Below, in pieces: positions 10,047-21,032 of a stretch of DNA of 64,000 bases (the stretch's first letter is position 1; the number at the start of each line of letters is the position of its first letter). The DNA is from an uncultured Candidatus Saccharibacteria bacterium (GTDB lineage Bacteria > Patescibacteriota > Minisyncoccia > Phycocordibacterales > UBA5272): NCBI GenBank assembly GCA_964464695.1, contig CAYXKW010000003.1:10577-74576 (forward strand). The letters run 5' to 3'. Under the pieces are notes generated by a model. That model did not search any database and was not told where the DNA came from. It saw nothing but the letters and a program-made list of their open reading frames with translations. The translations under genes were made by a program, and so were the position numbers.

Positions 10047-10085
10047 GAAAATACGAGCGACACCTTCGGTGTCGCTCGTATTTTC
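10047..10085 (+). terminator. Intrinsic terminator
   Basis: GAAAATACGAGCGACACC-TTC-GGTGTCGCTCGTATTTTC. Confidence 0.8.
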
Positions 10086-10153
10086 ATAAACACCACTCTT
10101 TACATCCATAACTACATAGCATATAGCTAGATGCTGTACTATACTAGTTACAT

Positions 10154-10927
10154 ATGACCCAAAAAGTCGACACCTTCGAACATGACATTGCTGACGAGAT
10201 ACGTAGAAAAGAAGCGAGTCTCGCTGAAATTCAAGCAGTATCCAAACAAAATAGTCCATTAATTACTATTGATCCACCAAAAACATTGCCGTGGCTTACT
10301 ATTACACTTGTCGTAGGACTTATTGTTGCAGTGGTTGGGATTAGCTCTGTTGCATACTATTATTTTACTGATTCACTACTTCCTCCGTCTGCCGAACCTC
10401 AAGTCATTAATAAAAATGATATCCCAAAGGTTATGACAGATATTTCAAAACTTTCCCCAAGTTTAAGTTCGGGAATAGGGAGATTTTCTACGCTTGTTGA
10501 AAAAAAGGACACGGGATATGTTATTACTCTTAATAATTACACAGAGGTATTTGCATACATGACTCGCAACGAAGACGCATATATTCATGAGCTTGTTGGT
10601 GTCTATCCAAAAGCTGTTGCAACTAGTACACAAGAGGCGGTTCAAGAAAATACTTCTACAAGTTCCACAACCAAAATAGGTGAAAGTGGTGCGACCTCAA
10701 CTAAACCTAAAACAGCTAAAGTTGTAGTAGCTTCCTCAACTGAAATACAAGAAGATGACTCGTCACCTTTTTCATATTTTTCTGACCTAACTGTGTCAAA
10801 TCAGAATATGCGAGTTTACAAAAAAGAGGAACAAACAGTAATCTATGCGTTTGCTGGAGACAAGTACGTACTCATATCAAACACACCCGAGGGAATTCTT
10901 GCTCTAAAGAGTGCTATACTTCGCTAA
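10154..10927 (+). CDS. Single-pass membrane hypothetical protein
   Basis: One TM helix, Ser/Thr-rich linker; stop overlaps comM start. Confidence 0.7.
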   Translation: MTQKVDTFEHDIADEIRRKEASLAEIQAVSKQNSPLITIDPPKTLPWLTITLVVGLIVAVVGISSVAYYYFTDSLLPPSAEPQVINKNDIPKVMTDISKLSPSLSSGIGRFSTLVEKKDTGYVITLNNYTEVFAYMTRNEDAYIHELVGVYPKAVATSTQEAVQENTSTSSTTKIGESGATSTKPKTAKVVVASSTEIQEDDSSPFSYFSDLTVSNQNMRVYKKEEQTVIYAFAGDKYVLISNTPEGILALKSAILR

Positions 10928-12483
10928 TGAGTGTTGCTATAACACATTCTGCACACATTGTTGGCCTACAAGCTTCACAGGTAACTGTCGAGGTGGACGT
11001 CTCATCTGGTTTATATTCTTTTGCAATTGTAGGCTTGCCCGATAAAGCAATTGAAGAAAGTAAAGACAGAATTATTGCAGCACTAAAAAATAGTGGGGCG
11101 AGGAACCCAAAAACAGAAAACCATAAAGTTACTGTTTCACTTTCTCCAGCGAGTGTAAAGAAAGAGGGGTCACATTTTGATGTACCAATCGCTCTTGCAT
11201 ATCTTGTTGCATCCAAACAGTTATCTCTTCCAAAAGATATCGGATGGTTCGTTGGTGAACTATCCCTCACCGGTGAAATACTTCCCATGAAAGGAGTCCT
11301 TGTCATCGCAGAATTTGCAAAAGCGTGCGGTGCTCGTGCACTCTACGTTCCGTATGCAAATAAAGAAGAAGCTGCGCTTATTGATGGACTAGTAGTATAC
11401 GGATGTACCTCACTTTCTGATATTGTAACGCACCTCGGAGGCGCGTTTGAAAATAATAATAGTATTTTTGAAATTATTCCTCAAGAAAAAACAGCAATTA
11501 TCTATTCACGTCCTGAATCATTTTTAGATTTTAAAGATATCAAAGGACAAATTTCCGCAAAACGCGCATTAGAAATTGCTGCGGCAGGAGGTCACAACAT
11601 TGCTCTCTATGGACCACCAGGAACTGGAAAGACAATGCTTGCTCGTGCATTTACAGGGATTTTACCACCACTTACTCACGATGAAACACTTGTGGTTACT
11701 CGCATTCATTCACTTATTAACAAAGACGTAACTATTATTTCTCACCCACCACTTCGGAGCCCTCATCACACATCATCACATGTTTCTCTTGTTGGAGGAG
11801 GGACAAACCCACGACCAGGAGAAATTACGCTTGCTCATCACGGTGTACTTTTTTTAGATGAGTTCCCTGAGTTTGATAAAAAAGTTATTGAATCATTACG
11901 AGAACCGCTTGAGGAGGGTCACATCACTGTTTCAAGAGCTAAGGGATCTTTTACCTTTCCTGCATCATGCACGCTTATCGCTTCCATGAATCCATGTCCC
12001 TGCGGATACATGGGAAGTAAGCTCAAACGCTGTATCTGCAAACCGTCTGATATAGATAAGTATGCGAGAAAATTATCAGGACCAATCATGGATCGTATCG
12101 ATATGTGGGTACCAGTACTTCATGTAGACTATGACACCTTATCAAAAAGTGAAGGTGGCGAGGGGAGTGAGCTCGTTCAATCAAGAGTACTACAAGCCAG
12201 GGAATTTGCTCGCTCTAGATTTAGGAATAACGGAAATACAACACTTTTAAAAAATAAAGATTTGCGTGCAAAAGATTTAGAGTTGTACATTCAACTGGAT
12301 CCGAAGTGCACTGAACTCATGAAAAAGTTATCTACTTCATCTGTGTTATCACCGCGTGCGTATCATCGAGTGCTGCGACTAGCTCGAACAATTGCAGACT
12401 ATAGGGGAGACGACAATATTACTGAAGCAGATATTTTAGAGGCATTCCAATATAGACCGAAGTTGTACCAGGATAGATTGTAG
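10927..12483 (+). CDS. comM: YifB/ComM Mg-chelatase-like AAA+ ATPase
   Basis: IVGLPDKAIEES, GPPGTGKT, RSPHHT, GVLFLDEFPEF, MNPCPCG. Confidence 0.93.
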   Translation: MSVAITHSAHIVGLQASQVTVEVDVSSGLYSFAIVGLPDKAIEESKDRIIAALKNSGARNPKTENHKVTVSLSPASVKKEGSHFDVPIALAYLVASKQLSLPKDIGWFVGELSLTGEILPMKGVLVIAEFAKACGARALYVPYANKEEAALIDGLVVYGCTSLSDIVTHLGGAFENNNSIFEIIPQEKTAIIYSRPESFLDFKDIKGQISAKRALEIAAAGGHNIALYGPPGTGKTMLARAFTGILPPLTHDETLVVTRIHSLINKDVTIISHPPLRSPHHTSSHVSLVGGGTNPRPGEITLAHHGVLFLDEFPEFDKKVIESLREPLEEGHITVSRAKGSFTFPASCTLIASMNPCPCGYMGSKLKRCICKPSDIDKYARKLSGPIMDRIDMWVPVLHVDYDTLSKSEGGEGSELVQSRVLQAREFARSRFRNNGNTTLLKNKDLRAKDLELYIQLDPKCTELMKKLSTSSVLSPRAYHRVLRLARTIADYRGDDNITEADILEAFQYRPKLYQDRL

Positions 12484-12606
12484 GATAGCTAGTAGACTTT
12501 AGCCGGTGGACTGTAGCTTTTTAATACAAATACTAAACAGGAGAATGACCTTTGATCATTCTCCTGTTTTAGCTACAGACTAAAGTCTAATGTCTACAGT
12601 CTGTGT

Positions 12607-13629
12607 TTAGAAAGGATTTTTTGCTCCACGAACTTCGAAGTGTAGATGCGCTCCTGTAGATTTACCAGTATTCCCAACTTCTCCAATTGTTTGACCTTGT
12701 GTTACTGATTGACCTTGATTAATATAAATATCATTCAAGTGCGCATACACTGTTTGAATACCATTTGCATGAGAAATAATAATCATACTTCCATACCCTC
12801 CATTATAACCACCATTTCTTGCAGCAATAACAGTACCTGCTGCCGCTGCGAACACTGGTGTACCAATTGAGGCAGCAAGGTCAACGCCATTATGCCCATG
12901 AACACCTTGAGATCTTCTTCCTCCCGAAATAGGACGAACAAGAAAGCCTGATGGTGCAGTGTATGTGTAGGAATTAAGAACACGAGGCTGATTTGATGCT
13001 TTTGGTTTTACTGGTTGAACAACTTGAATTTCACCGTCAGGAACAATAACTGTATCACCGATTTCAAGAGATGCATTTACTGCTAAACCGTTGTAAATAG
13101 CAACATCTTGACTGTCTGCTTTATATTTCTTAGCAATAGCTGTGATTGTTTCACCTTTTTTAACAGTGTGGCGAATTCCTGTAATAGGAAGAATGATGAG
13201 CGTATCACCTTTTACAGCAGTTCTTGAGGTAAGATCATTAGCCCATACAATAGTGTTAACAGTTACTCCAAAAAGTTTAGCTATACCATTTAGTGTGTCT
13301 CCTTTTTTTACTTCATACACACTAATTTTATCACTAGCTGGGAAAACGACGTCTTCAGTTGAAATTCGAAGTGGTCCAGAAACTGCTTGGAGTGAGGTTT
13401 GGTTTACATCTTGGTTTTCTTCCGAAGACGACGAGTTACTTTCAACTACGACAGGCTTAAAAAGCACCATAGTTTGTGAGGTGGCAAGAGTTTGCTGATC
13501 TTCATCAACTGAATCTGCAACAAATATTGCTTTAAACTTTTCTGTAAGTGCGGCAAGAGTTCCCGCATTTGCTAAAAGTGGTCGAGCGACTGAAATGATG
13601 CAGAGGAGAATAAGGACACTATGTGACAC
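12607..13629 (-). CDS. LysM-containing M23 peptidase
   Basis: Two LysM repeats (VKKGDTL/VKKGETI), HNGVD and HLHFEVR; start uncertain. Confidence 0.93.
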   Translation of the reverse strand: MSHSVLILLCIISVARPLLANAGTLAALTEKFKAIFVADSVDEDQQTLATSQTMVLFKPVVVESNSSSSEENQDVNQTSLQAVSGPLRISTEDVVFPASDKISVYEVKKGDTLNGIAKLFGVTVNTIVWANDLTSRTAVKGDTLIILPITGIRHTVKKGETITAIAKKYKADSQDVAIYNGLAVNASLEIGDTVIVPDGEIQVVQPVKPKASNQPRVLNSYTYTAPSGFLVRPISGGRRSQGVHGHNGVDLAASIGTPVFAAAAGTVIAARNGGYNGGYGSMIIISHANGIQTVYAHLNDIYINQGQSVTQGQTIGEVGNTGKSTGAHLHFEVRGAKNPF

Positions 13630-13868
13630 TGATTTCCAGTGTTTTTTGGTAGTTACTACGATAGGATTTCGTTTAAAAACTATAAGTCTCTAGGTGTGAT
13701 GTTTCTACACATTGACAATATAATATATATAGCGTGTCAACGTCTTCTACATGAAGTTTGTCATTCTAGCATAGCAAATATGAGAGACTAGCACAAGAAA
13801 AAGAATAGATAAAATATGTGGAGAAGTACCGTAAAAGTCTTGTAAAATAAAGTATACTGAGCGGAGCT

Positions 13869-16800
13869 ATGACGGAACCAACTAACCCAGAAAATAAAGG
13901 GGAGGGGACTTCACCAACCTCAGGTAAACCTGCTGGCACTTTTGGACCACCCAATAGAAGAGTGGACAGTATTACTCCTCCAAAGGGTGAGAAGGTTTCA
14001 ACAACCGATCTCGAAAAAATGAGAAAATTGGAAAGATTTTCTGAAAAAGTAGATTATATAATAAAATACGCCAAGAATTTACTGAGTGACGCAAAAGAAC
14101 TACTCCCCCAAGAAGGTTACGCTGAAATTGAATCTATGATTTCAGAACTAGAGAGTTTTAAAGTTGACGTAGAAAAAGATTATAATACATTCGAAAGTTG
14201 TGATGGCGAGGCTGACAAAATTGAAGAAATTTTAAGAGGTGTCCAAAAACAAATTTTTGGACTACTAAATAATGGTGAGGTGGAAGTACTGCAAGAGAAA
14301 AACCGCAATGAAAAAATCACACTACTATCTAGGCAGCAAACAAGATACTTAAAACTTCTTTCCAGTATTGAGACTATTCGAAAATCAAATATTTCAGATA
14401 CAACATTACAAGAGGATACACTTCGTACAGCAGATGAACTCAATTGGCTATCTGAATCTGAAAAAACTGAAGAATTTGCACGAGAAGCAGAATTAGAAAA
14501 ATTAGTAGAAATTAAAACCTCAGTAGACACACTCACAGAAAAATTAGAAGAGGCTCTCATGCTTCTTAAAAAAGAGAACGAAGAGAGGGAACAAACTGAG
14601 ATAGAAAATAAAGCTCAAGAAAATATAAAAACGAGAACTGCAGATATTTCAAGAAAATACCAAGAACTACGAGATGAAGTTGGAGGGTTAAAGATTATTG
14701 ATACCGCACTTCATTCACAAATAGAAGAAAAGGAGGGGGCCATAGCTAAAGTAAGAGGGAAATTAAAAGGTAAGCCTTCACAAAAAAATCTCGACGACTT
14801 TATAAAGCTCGTTACTGAGTATGAAGAGCTACTTCCTGAGTTACGAAGCGCTGTCGTTGCAACTATTACCCCTCCTTCGTTTTTAAGTAGAAGCATCTCT
14901 AATCAGGAGGATCCCGCACCAACTCCAGATAGTACACCAGCTAAAACAACAGAACAATTAACAGACAGAGCGCCTGACGATATAGGTATCTCAAATATCC
15001 GAGAAACAAAAGAATCTCTTGATAGAAATAATGACTCGAAAGAGTACGAGATACTTATTGATGGAAAAAATATACTGGTGCCGAAAGTTTTTTTGGGAAC
15101 ACTCAATAGATACACATCTGCTCTTAAAAATCCAGCACTTAGCGGTAAAGATTTTTCTCGAGCTACAAGATTAAAAGAAGAAGTACTTCATGCGATTGAG
15201 GGTGCTGAATTTGACTTTGCTGACAGAAAGGCGAGAGCATTGGGTGAAGAATTAAATATAATTGAAGGTGTGACGGCTGTAACTGATCCATCAAAAGCAC
15301 CTAACAGAAATGTGGGGGACATTACCGGTAGTTTTGAAAGTGGTTATGAAATACAAACCAAATCAGGTTTACACCCGCTAAGAAATCCAAAAGTTCCTGA
15401 AACTATAATGAAATATGAGGAAATGTCGAATGACCCAAAATATGTAGGGTATGATTTTACGTTAGCAAGTCAAAGTAAAGATGCGGTTATTGCTAAGTTA
15501 GTTGACGATGATTTCGCACAAGCAAAATTTGAAGCAATGAGACTAGGGGATGAGTTACGTAAAATAGAGCTAGCAGTTAATGATGCTGTTGCCAAAGAAA
15601 ACAGTAGGAGGGGGTTACAAAGGAGCCCTAAGGATATTAATCTACCTGAAATAAGCGAAAATAAAAAAGCTGGAAGCGAAGAGAATCGATATAAAATTAG
15701 AATTAATGGAAAATTTGAAACTGTACCTCTGTCAGCACTTCACACTCTTAATCGGTATAAGAAAATTTTTGAAAATCAAGCATTCAAAAGTGAAAACTTT
15801 ACTTCTGCAATTACACTTAAGGATGCAGTACTAGACGCAATACAAACAGGGGATTTTACTACGGCAAAAAAGAAAGCAGATTTACTTACGATTGAGCTTA
15901 ATAGAATAACCAAAGAAAATAGCAATCAAAATAGTACACAAGAAAATCAAAGTGCAAAAACTGGACAGGAACCTAGTCAACTAGAAAAAAATAAAAAATT
16001 TAATAACCCACCGGTTGGAGAAATTGTATCTCTTTTAACTAAAGATCGTTATGTTGGAAAGCAAGTAGAATACAGAGCGAAAAATAATACTTCCGCAGAG
16101 CGGGAAATAATAAATGATTTAAAAACATGGGAAAAAAAATGGCTACTAGGGGGTGCAATTGATACCTATCGTGAAAAAAATGGCAACATTAAAATTAGTG
16201 ATGCTCAAGTACGTACAACAAAATTAATTCTCCAAACATACAAGCAATTATTAGAACAAAACATTAACTCAGAAGTTAATACGGACGTGATGAGAACTGT
16301 ACCCCAAAATATTATTATATGTACACAGATACTTGCCGGAATACATAATGAAACAAAAAGTGACATCAAATACTTGGTTGAACACTACAGTGAGCGAGCT
16401 GATGATGCATTGTTGCAAAAGTTAAGAAGTTATTTTATTGCTCAACCACATGTCACACACAAACAATTATCTTCTATAGAGAATAGCAACCTTGAAAAGC
16501 GATTCTTACTACTGGGCAACACACTAAAAGATGGCGACACTGTCTTACAAACTATCCTTCCATACATAACATCTACAGAGGAGAGAAGTTCTCTACTCAA
16601 ACTTTCTAGTGAATTAAAAACACTCGAGGAAGAAATAAAAGGAAATAAAACTCTAGAATTAATCGAATCATTTAAGAAAAAATTAGACGTGTATCTCATG
16701 TATGTAACAAAAAAAGCTGCAGTGTTACAAGCTAGATATGGTGCACAAAATATCGTACCTCAGCCAACAGTGTCTCCAAAAAACATAACTGTCATGCGTA

Positions 16801-18185
16801 GTAAAAGATTACGTGGTGACGGTCCGAAAACTGAAACACTCGAAGAATATGATAAGCGCGAAAAGTTAGAGAAAGTTGTAACTGACGCTAAAAATAGTGA
16901 CGAACACCAAGAAAACCAAGATGAGCTAAGAAAGAAACATCAGGAAATGTTTGCTCGTGATCCTGACCTCTACAAACATATCTATGGAGGGGGGAATAAA
17001 GTACGTGACGATGTTACTGAGAAAATTTCATCAGAAATTCTGCCATCAAAATCTGCCCAGACTCCAAAAGAATATCTAATAGCTCTTATAAAAGAAAAAG
17101 AGGTCCTCGAAAAGAAGTGGCAAGCTATCTATGATGATATTGCCAAAGGAACTGCTGTTGGTAATCCAACTGGGGAAGCCAAAGTACTACGTGCACAAAT
17201 TGAGCTTCTTGATCTACGAATAGCAAAGTACACCAAAGTTATTCTTGATGATCAAATCCACAAACCAGAACACTCTTCATTTGTAACCAATAAAATGGTG
17301 TACAGCCCAACAGATGAAGTACAGCCCACACCAGGTGCCGTAAACATCGGTCGGGAACTTTTAACGAACAGAGAAGAAATAGAAGCACTTGGAAAAGAAC
17401 AAGTTAATGTGGCAACGAGTGTCCTTCCTCATCATCAATCAGGACTTATATCGACGCTCACTCCACAGCAAGCAGGGATAGCTGAAGGAGCTATTCACTT
17501 AGAGCCTGGAGCAATGGACAATACTGACTTAGAACGTTATAAAACAGAAAATCCTGAAGCAAAAGTTGTTAGTGTAGAAAATAAACAAGAACGCCAAACA
17601 TTTGTTCAAAAACTAGTTGACGTACTTTTTACATTTCCAAAAGTAAGAATGAATAAGTGGGGGTGGCTTGCAGCTGGATTAACAACAGCTGCGGTTGGGG
17701 GAGCTGCTGCATATACCGTAGGGACAGTCGAAAAAAATAATAGACCGAAAACTATTGCAGAACTTATAAAAAATCAACCATCATGGGAGACTTTTATAAA
17801 CGAAAATGTTCCAAAACAATTTATTCTTAATTTTAACGGACCAAAAGCATTACCCTTTGATGAATTTATTAAAGTCAGTGCTCCTTCGTTTGCAATTGGA
17901 CCAAATAATCCATCTGCAAAAGATAAGATTGCAAATTTACTTTGTAAAGATGTCTACGATGTTGAGGGTGCAAACAGTGGATTAACAGAGCTACAACAGC
18001 GTGAGAGTGCAGAGATAGTTAAAAACCTACAAGAGATTATCAAAGCAACAAAAGCACCTTCTGGTGTACTCTACGAAAAAGATGCTCGATTCTTTGGTGA
18101 TATGACTATTCGTCAACTCTATGAAGTAGCTCGTAAAATTGCTGCTGACGCTACAACAGAAAAAGCTAGACTAGGTACAAAATAA
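13869..18185 (+). CDS. Very large coiled-coil hypothetical protein with three internal repeats and a near-C-terminal hydrophobic segment
   Basis: 1438-aa uninterrupted ORF, Glu/Lys-rich; WGWLAAGLTTAAVGGAAAY hydrophobic stretch. Confidence 0.8.
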   Translation: MTEPTNPENKGEGTSPTSGKPAGTFGPPNRRVDSITPPKGEKVSTTDLEKMRKLERFSEKVDYIIKYAKNLLSDAKELLPQEGYAEIESMISELESFKVDVEKDYNTFESCDGEADKIEEILRGVQKQIFGLLNNGEVEVLQEKNRNEKITLLSRQQTRYLKLLSSIETIRKSNISDTTLQEDTLRTADELNWLSESEKTEEFAREAELEKLVEIKTSVDTLTEKLEEALMLLKKENEEREQTEIENKAQENIKTRTADISRKYQELRDEVGGLKIIDTALHSQIEEKEGAIAKVRGKLKGKPSQKNLDDFIKLVTEYEELLPELRSAVVATITPPSFLSRSISNQEDPAPTPDSTPAKTTEQLTDRAPDDIGISNIRETKESLDRNNDSKEYEILIDGKNILVPKVFLGTLNRYTSALKNPALSGKDFSRATRLKEEVLHAIEGAEFDFADRKARALGEELNIIEGVTAVTDPSKAPNRNVGDITGSFESGYEIQTKSGLHPLRNPKVPETIMKYEEMSNDPKYVGYDFTLASQSKDAVIAKLVDDDFAQAKFEAMRLGDELRKIELAVNDAVAKENSRRGLQRSPKDINLPEISENKKAGSEENRYKIRINGKFETVPLSALHTLNRYKKIFENQAFKSENFTSAITLKDAVLDAIQTGDFTTAKKKADLLTIELNRITKENSNQNSTQENQSAKTGQEPSQLEKNKKFNNPPVGEIVSLLTKDRYVGKQVEYRAKNNTSAEREIINDLKTWEKKWLLGGAIDTYREKNGNIKISDAQVRTTKLILQTYKQLLEQNINSEVNTDVMRTVPQNIIICTQILAGIHNETKSDIKYLVEHYSERADDALLQKLRSYFIAQPHVTHKQLSSIENSNLEKRFLLLGNTLKDGDTVLQTILPYITSTEERSSLLKLSSELKTLEEEIKGNKTLELIESFKKKLDVYLMYVTKKAAVLQARYGAQNIVPQPTVSPKNITVMRSKRLRGDGPKTETLEEYDKREKLEKVVTDAKNSDEHQENQDELRKKHQEMFARDPDLYKHIYGGGNKVRDDVTEKISSEILPSKSAQTPKEYLIALIKEKEVLEKKWQAIYDDIAKGTAVGNPTGEAKVLRAQIELLDLRIAKYTKVILDDQIHKPEHSSFVTNKMVYSPTDEVQPTPGAVNIGRELLTNREEIEALGKEQVNVATSVLPHHQSGLISTLTPQQAGIAEGAIHLEPGAMDNTDLERYKTENPEAKVVSVENKQERQTFVQKLVDVLFTFPKVRMNKWGWLAAGLTTAAVGGAAAYTVGTVEKNNRPKTIAELIKNQPSWETFINENVPKQFILNFNGPKALPFDEFIKVSAPSFAIGPNNPSAKDKIANLLCKDVYDVEGANSGLTELQQRESAEIVKNLQEIIKATKAPSGVLYEKDARFFGDMTIRQLYEVARKIAADATTEKARLGTK

Positions 18186-18191
18186 ACAATC

Positions 18192-18476
18192 ATGAACTTC
18201 GAAGAAATATACAACCAACTTATTATTGATTTTAAATTAGAAGACCTGCCAGAGGAGGACAGGGAGGAGACTCTTACTGAGATTTCAAAAACAATACAGA
18301 AACAATTTCTCATTGATATATACGATCAGATTGGAAAGAAAAATTTTGAAGCACTACAAGCATCAGCAAACATGGGAGAGGACTTCTATTTCACAACCCT
18401 TAAACATCTCGTACCCAACTATGATGAACTGTTTCACGGGGCTCGGAAAAAAATAATACAAGCATTTCATGTGTAG
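18192..18476 (+). CDS. Small acidic helical hypothetical protein (DUF5663-like)
   Basis: LEDLPEEDREETL pattern; family call from memory, low certainty. Confidence 0.6.
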   Translation: MNFEEIYNQLIIDFKLEDLPEEDREETLTEISKTIQKQFLIDIYDQIGKKNFEALQASANMGEDFYFTTLKHLVPNYDELFHGARKKIIQAFHV

Positions 18477-18549
18477 ATAAAAAGTGGTCGTAAGACCACT
18501 TTTTGTATATAGAATTGGTATCATTTTGTAAAATTAATGACAAAGTAGC

Positions 18550-20523
18550 ATGGTACACTACACTCTTATGAATGAGCAACTAACCAGCCAAAAACCTGTT
18601 TCACTCAACAACGCACAGCAAGATGCCGTTTCTCACACCGAAGGACCTCTTCTTATTATTGCAGGAGCTGGTGCTGGTAAAACAAAAACACTCACTGAAC
18701 GTATTGTGCATATCATCAAAAAGGGCACCGATCCGAGAAATATTTTAGCGGTAACATTCACCAACAAAGCTGCCAAAGAAATGCGAGAAAGAGTTGTAGG
18801 GAGACTTGAAGAAGAACATATCATCGAAAAAGAAAACCCGTACCATCCAACTCCAGTCATTAAAACATTTCATTCTCTTGGTCTTATGATGCTATCCGAG
18901 CAAGCTCAAACTCTTGGACTGCTTCGCCATCCAACCATTTTAGATTCTGCGGATTCACTTTCTATCATTAAACGTGCAGTCGAACAACTCTCGCTTGATC
19001 CAAAAATTAATGACCCTTCAAAAATTCGCTCAATTATTAGTCGAGAGAAGAGTGATTTCGTTAGTCAGACTGACTACTTGAAAAAGGTTGCAACTGCTCA
19101 GATGGATATTGTTGCGTCAGTTTGGAGAATATATGAAGAGGAACTCAAGCGCCAAAAAGCAGTGGACTTCGATGATCTAATTGTAAAGACAGTGCATATG
19201 CTTGAGGACCACGTAGCAATCAGAGAGTTTTATCAGAAGCGTTTTACATATATGCATGTCGATGAGTACCAAGATACCAATGGTGCGCAGTATGCGTTCA
19301 TTAAGCTTCTTGTTAACCCTGAAAAAAATAATATCTGCGTTGTGGGAGATACTGATCAAAATATTTATTCATGGCGTGGAGCAAACATCCATAACATTCT
19401 TAATTTTGAAAAAGATTTTGCAGGTGCTCACGCAGTTCTTCTTGAAGAAAACTATCGCTCGACAGGCAATATCCTTAACCTTGCAAACAAAGCAATTAAA
19501 AAAAATACTGTGCGTACTGAAAAAAATCTTTTCACATCTCAAAGTGAAGGGGATAAGATAGAGGTTAGTCCATGTTGGGATGAGGGAGCTGAGGCTGAAC
19601 AAATAGCTCGTAAATGTAAAGCTCTCATCGAACAAGGAGAAGACCCTACTCAAATGGCTGTACTCTATAGAGCAAACTTCCAGTCACGAATACTAGAAGA
19701 AGGATTTATGAAAGAAAATATTATCTACAATCTTTTAGGTACAAAGTTTTTTGAACGTAAAGAAATAAAAGATGTTTTAAGCTATTTACGTGCTGCACTT
19801 AATAGAGCGTCCCAACCTGACCTACGACGTGTATTTGATAGCCCAAAGCGTGGTATTGGGAAGGTAACCATTGCTAAAATTTTTGCAGGAGAAGAACTTT
19901 CCGCAAAGGCTGCACAAAAAATTGGAGAGGTGTATGAATTTTTGGACAAGGTAATGCTAACACTTGAAACAGAACCACTCTCTCATGCTATCCAAATGAT
20001 TATTGTCGACGGTGGTATGGAAAAGGAGATGCTTGAAGGCTCATCTGAGGACAGGGAGCGTCTCGAGAATGCTCGTGAACTAGTATCTCTTACCGTACGC
20101 TACGACGACACTTCAGGGCTTGATGCCCTCACACAATTCCTTGAAGAAACATCTCTCCAATCAGATCAAGATAATGATACGAAAGAAAAGAAAGGGGTGA
20201 GACTGATGACCATCCACGCAAGTAAGGGACTTGAATTTAATCATGTCTTTGTTGTTGGTCTTGAGCAAGATTTATTCCCACATAAAAATATTGGTAACCG
20301 AAAACGAAGTAAAGAAGAGGAGGAAGAGGAAAGAAGACTTTTCTATGTTGCTGTCACACGAGCACGTAAAAATTTATACCTTAGTTATGCAGAACTCCGC
20401 ACTATCTTCGGTCAGAAACAAATTAATGCACCGAGTGAATTCCTACAAGATATAGATGACGAGATAGCACTTCATAATGATTTGTACTATAAAGAGCAAG
20501 GTGGTGGTGTGGTCTATATCTAA
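18550..20523 (+). CDS. pcrA: UvrD/PcrA-family DNA helicase
   Basis: AGAGAGKT, TFTNKAA, VDEYQD, GDTDQNIYSWRGA, ENYRS, TIHASKGLEF, EERRLFYVAVTRA. Confidence 0.95.
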   Translation: MVHYTLMNEQLTSQKPVSLNNAQQDAVSHTEGPLLIIAGAGAGKTKTLTERIVHIIKKGTDPRNILAVTFTNKAAKEMRERVVGRLEEEHIIEKENPYHPTPVIKTFHSLGLMMLSEQAQTLGLLRHPTILDSADSLSIIKRAVEQLSLDPKINDPSKIRSIISREKSDFVSQTDYLKKVATAQMDIVASVWRIYEEELKRQKAVDFDDLIVKTVHMLEDHVAIREFYQKRFTYMHVDEYQDTNGAQYAFIKLLVNPEKNNICVVGDTDQNIYSWRGANIHNILNFEKDFAGAHAVLLEENYRSTGNILNLANKAIKKNTVRTEKNLFTSQSEGDKIEVSPCWDEGAEAEQIARKCKALIEQGEDPTQMAVLYRANFQSRILEEGFMKENIIYNLLGTKFFERKEIKDVLSYLRAALNRASQPDLRRVFDSPKRGIGKVTIAKIFAGEELSAKAAQKIGEVYEFLDKVMLTLETEPLSHAIQMIIVDGGMEKEMLEGSSEDRERLENARELVSLTVRYDDTSGLDALTQFLEETSLQSDQDNDTKEKKGVRLMTIHASKGLEFNHVFVVGLEQDLFPHKNIGNRKRSKEEEEEERRLFYVAVTRARKNLYLSYAELRTIFGQKQINAPSEFLQDIDDEIALHNDLYYKEQGGGVVYI

Positions 20524-20587
20524 AATAAAAAAACGTAAAACCTTGTCTTGGAAGCTTCTGCTCCCAAATGGTTTTACGTTTTCGAAA

Positions 20588-20917
20588 CTACAAAATTGGT
20601 TTTTGTGTTATGCGTGTATGTGTCACAATTAAAGCACCAAAAAATGCCATCGCAACCACCACAGATACTACCCACCACACTTTTAAACCTTGCTCCAACT
20701 CTTGTAATGGAACCGTTCCAAAACAAAAAATTGCGATAATCGTAATCAGAACTGGCACAAGACAGCTTTGCACAACCATTGATTTTGCATCTTCTTGAAA
20801 GTTTCTTTCAAGATAACGTATCCGAAAGAAAAGAAACCATGAGCCAAAAATAGCGAGAACAACAAAGGACCACTGAAGCAACATGAATGCTTTATCATGA
20901 AGAGAAATGCTATTCAT
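20588..20917 (-). CDS. Small three-TM membrane protein
   Basis: Three hydrophobic segments; GAGAGG before ATG at 20917. Confidence 0.65.
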   Translation of the reverse strand: MNSISLHDKAFMLLQWSFVVLAIFGSWFLFFRIRYLERNFQEDAKSMVVQSCLVPVLITIIAIFCFGTVPLQELEQGLKVWWVVSVVVAMAFFGALIVTHTRITQKPIL

Positions 20918-21032
20918 ATCAAAGCCTCTCACTGGTTAGATTACAAATGACTACACTCTTTCCAAAGACTACTCTTTTTAGTATATGTAGTCAATCGTAA
21001 ATTATGGTAGAGTAAGGAAACATTACATAGAT

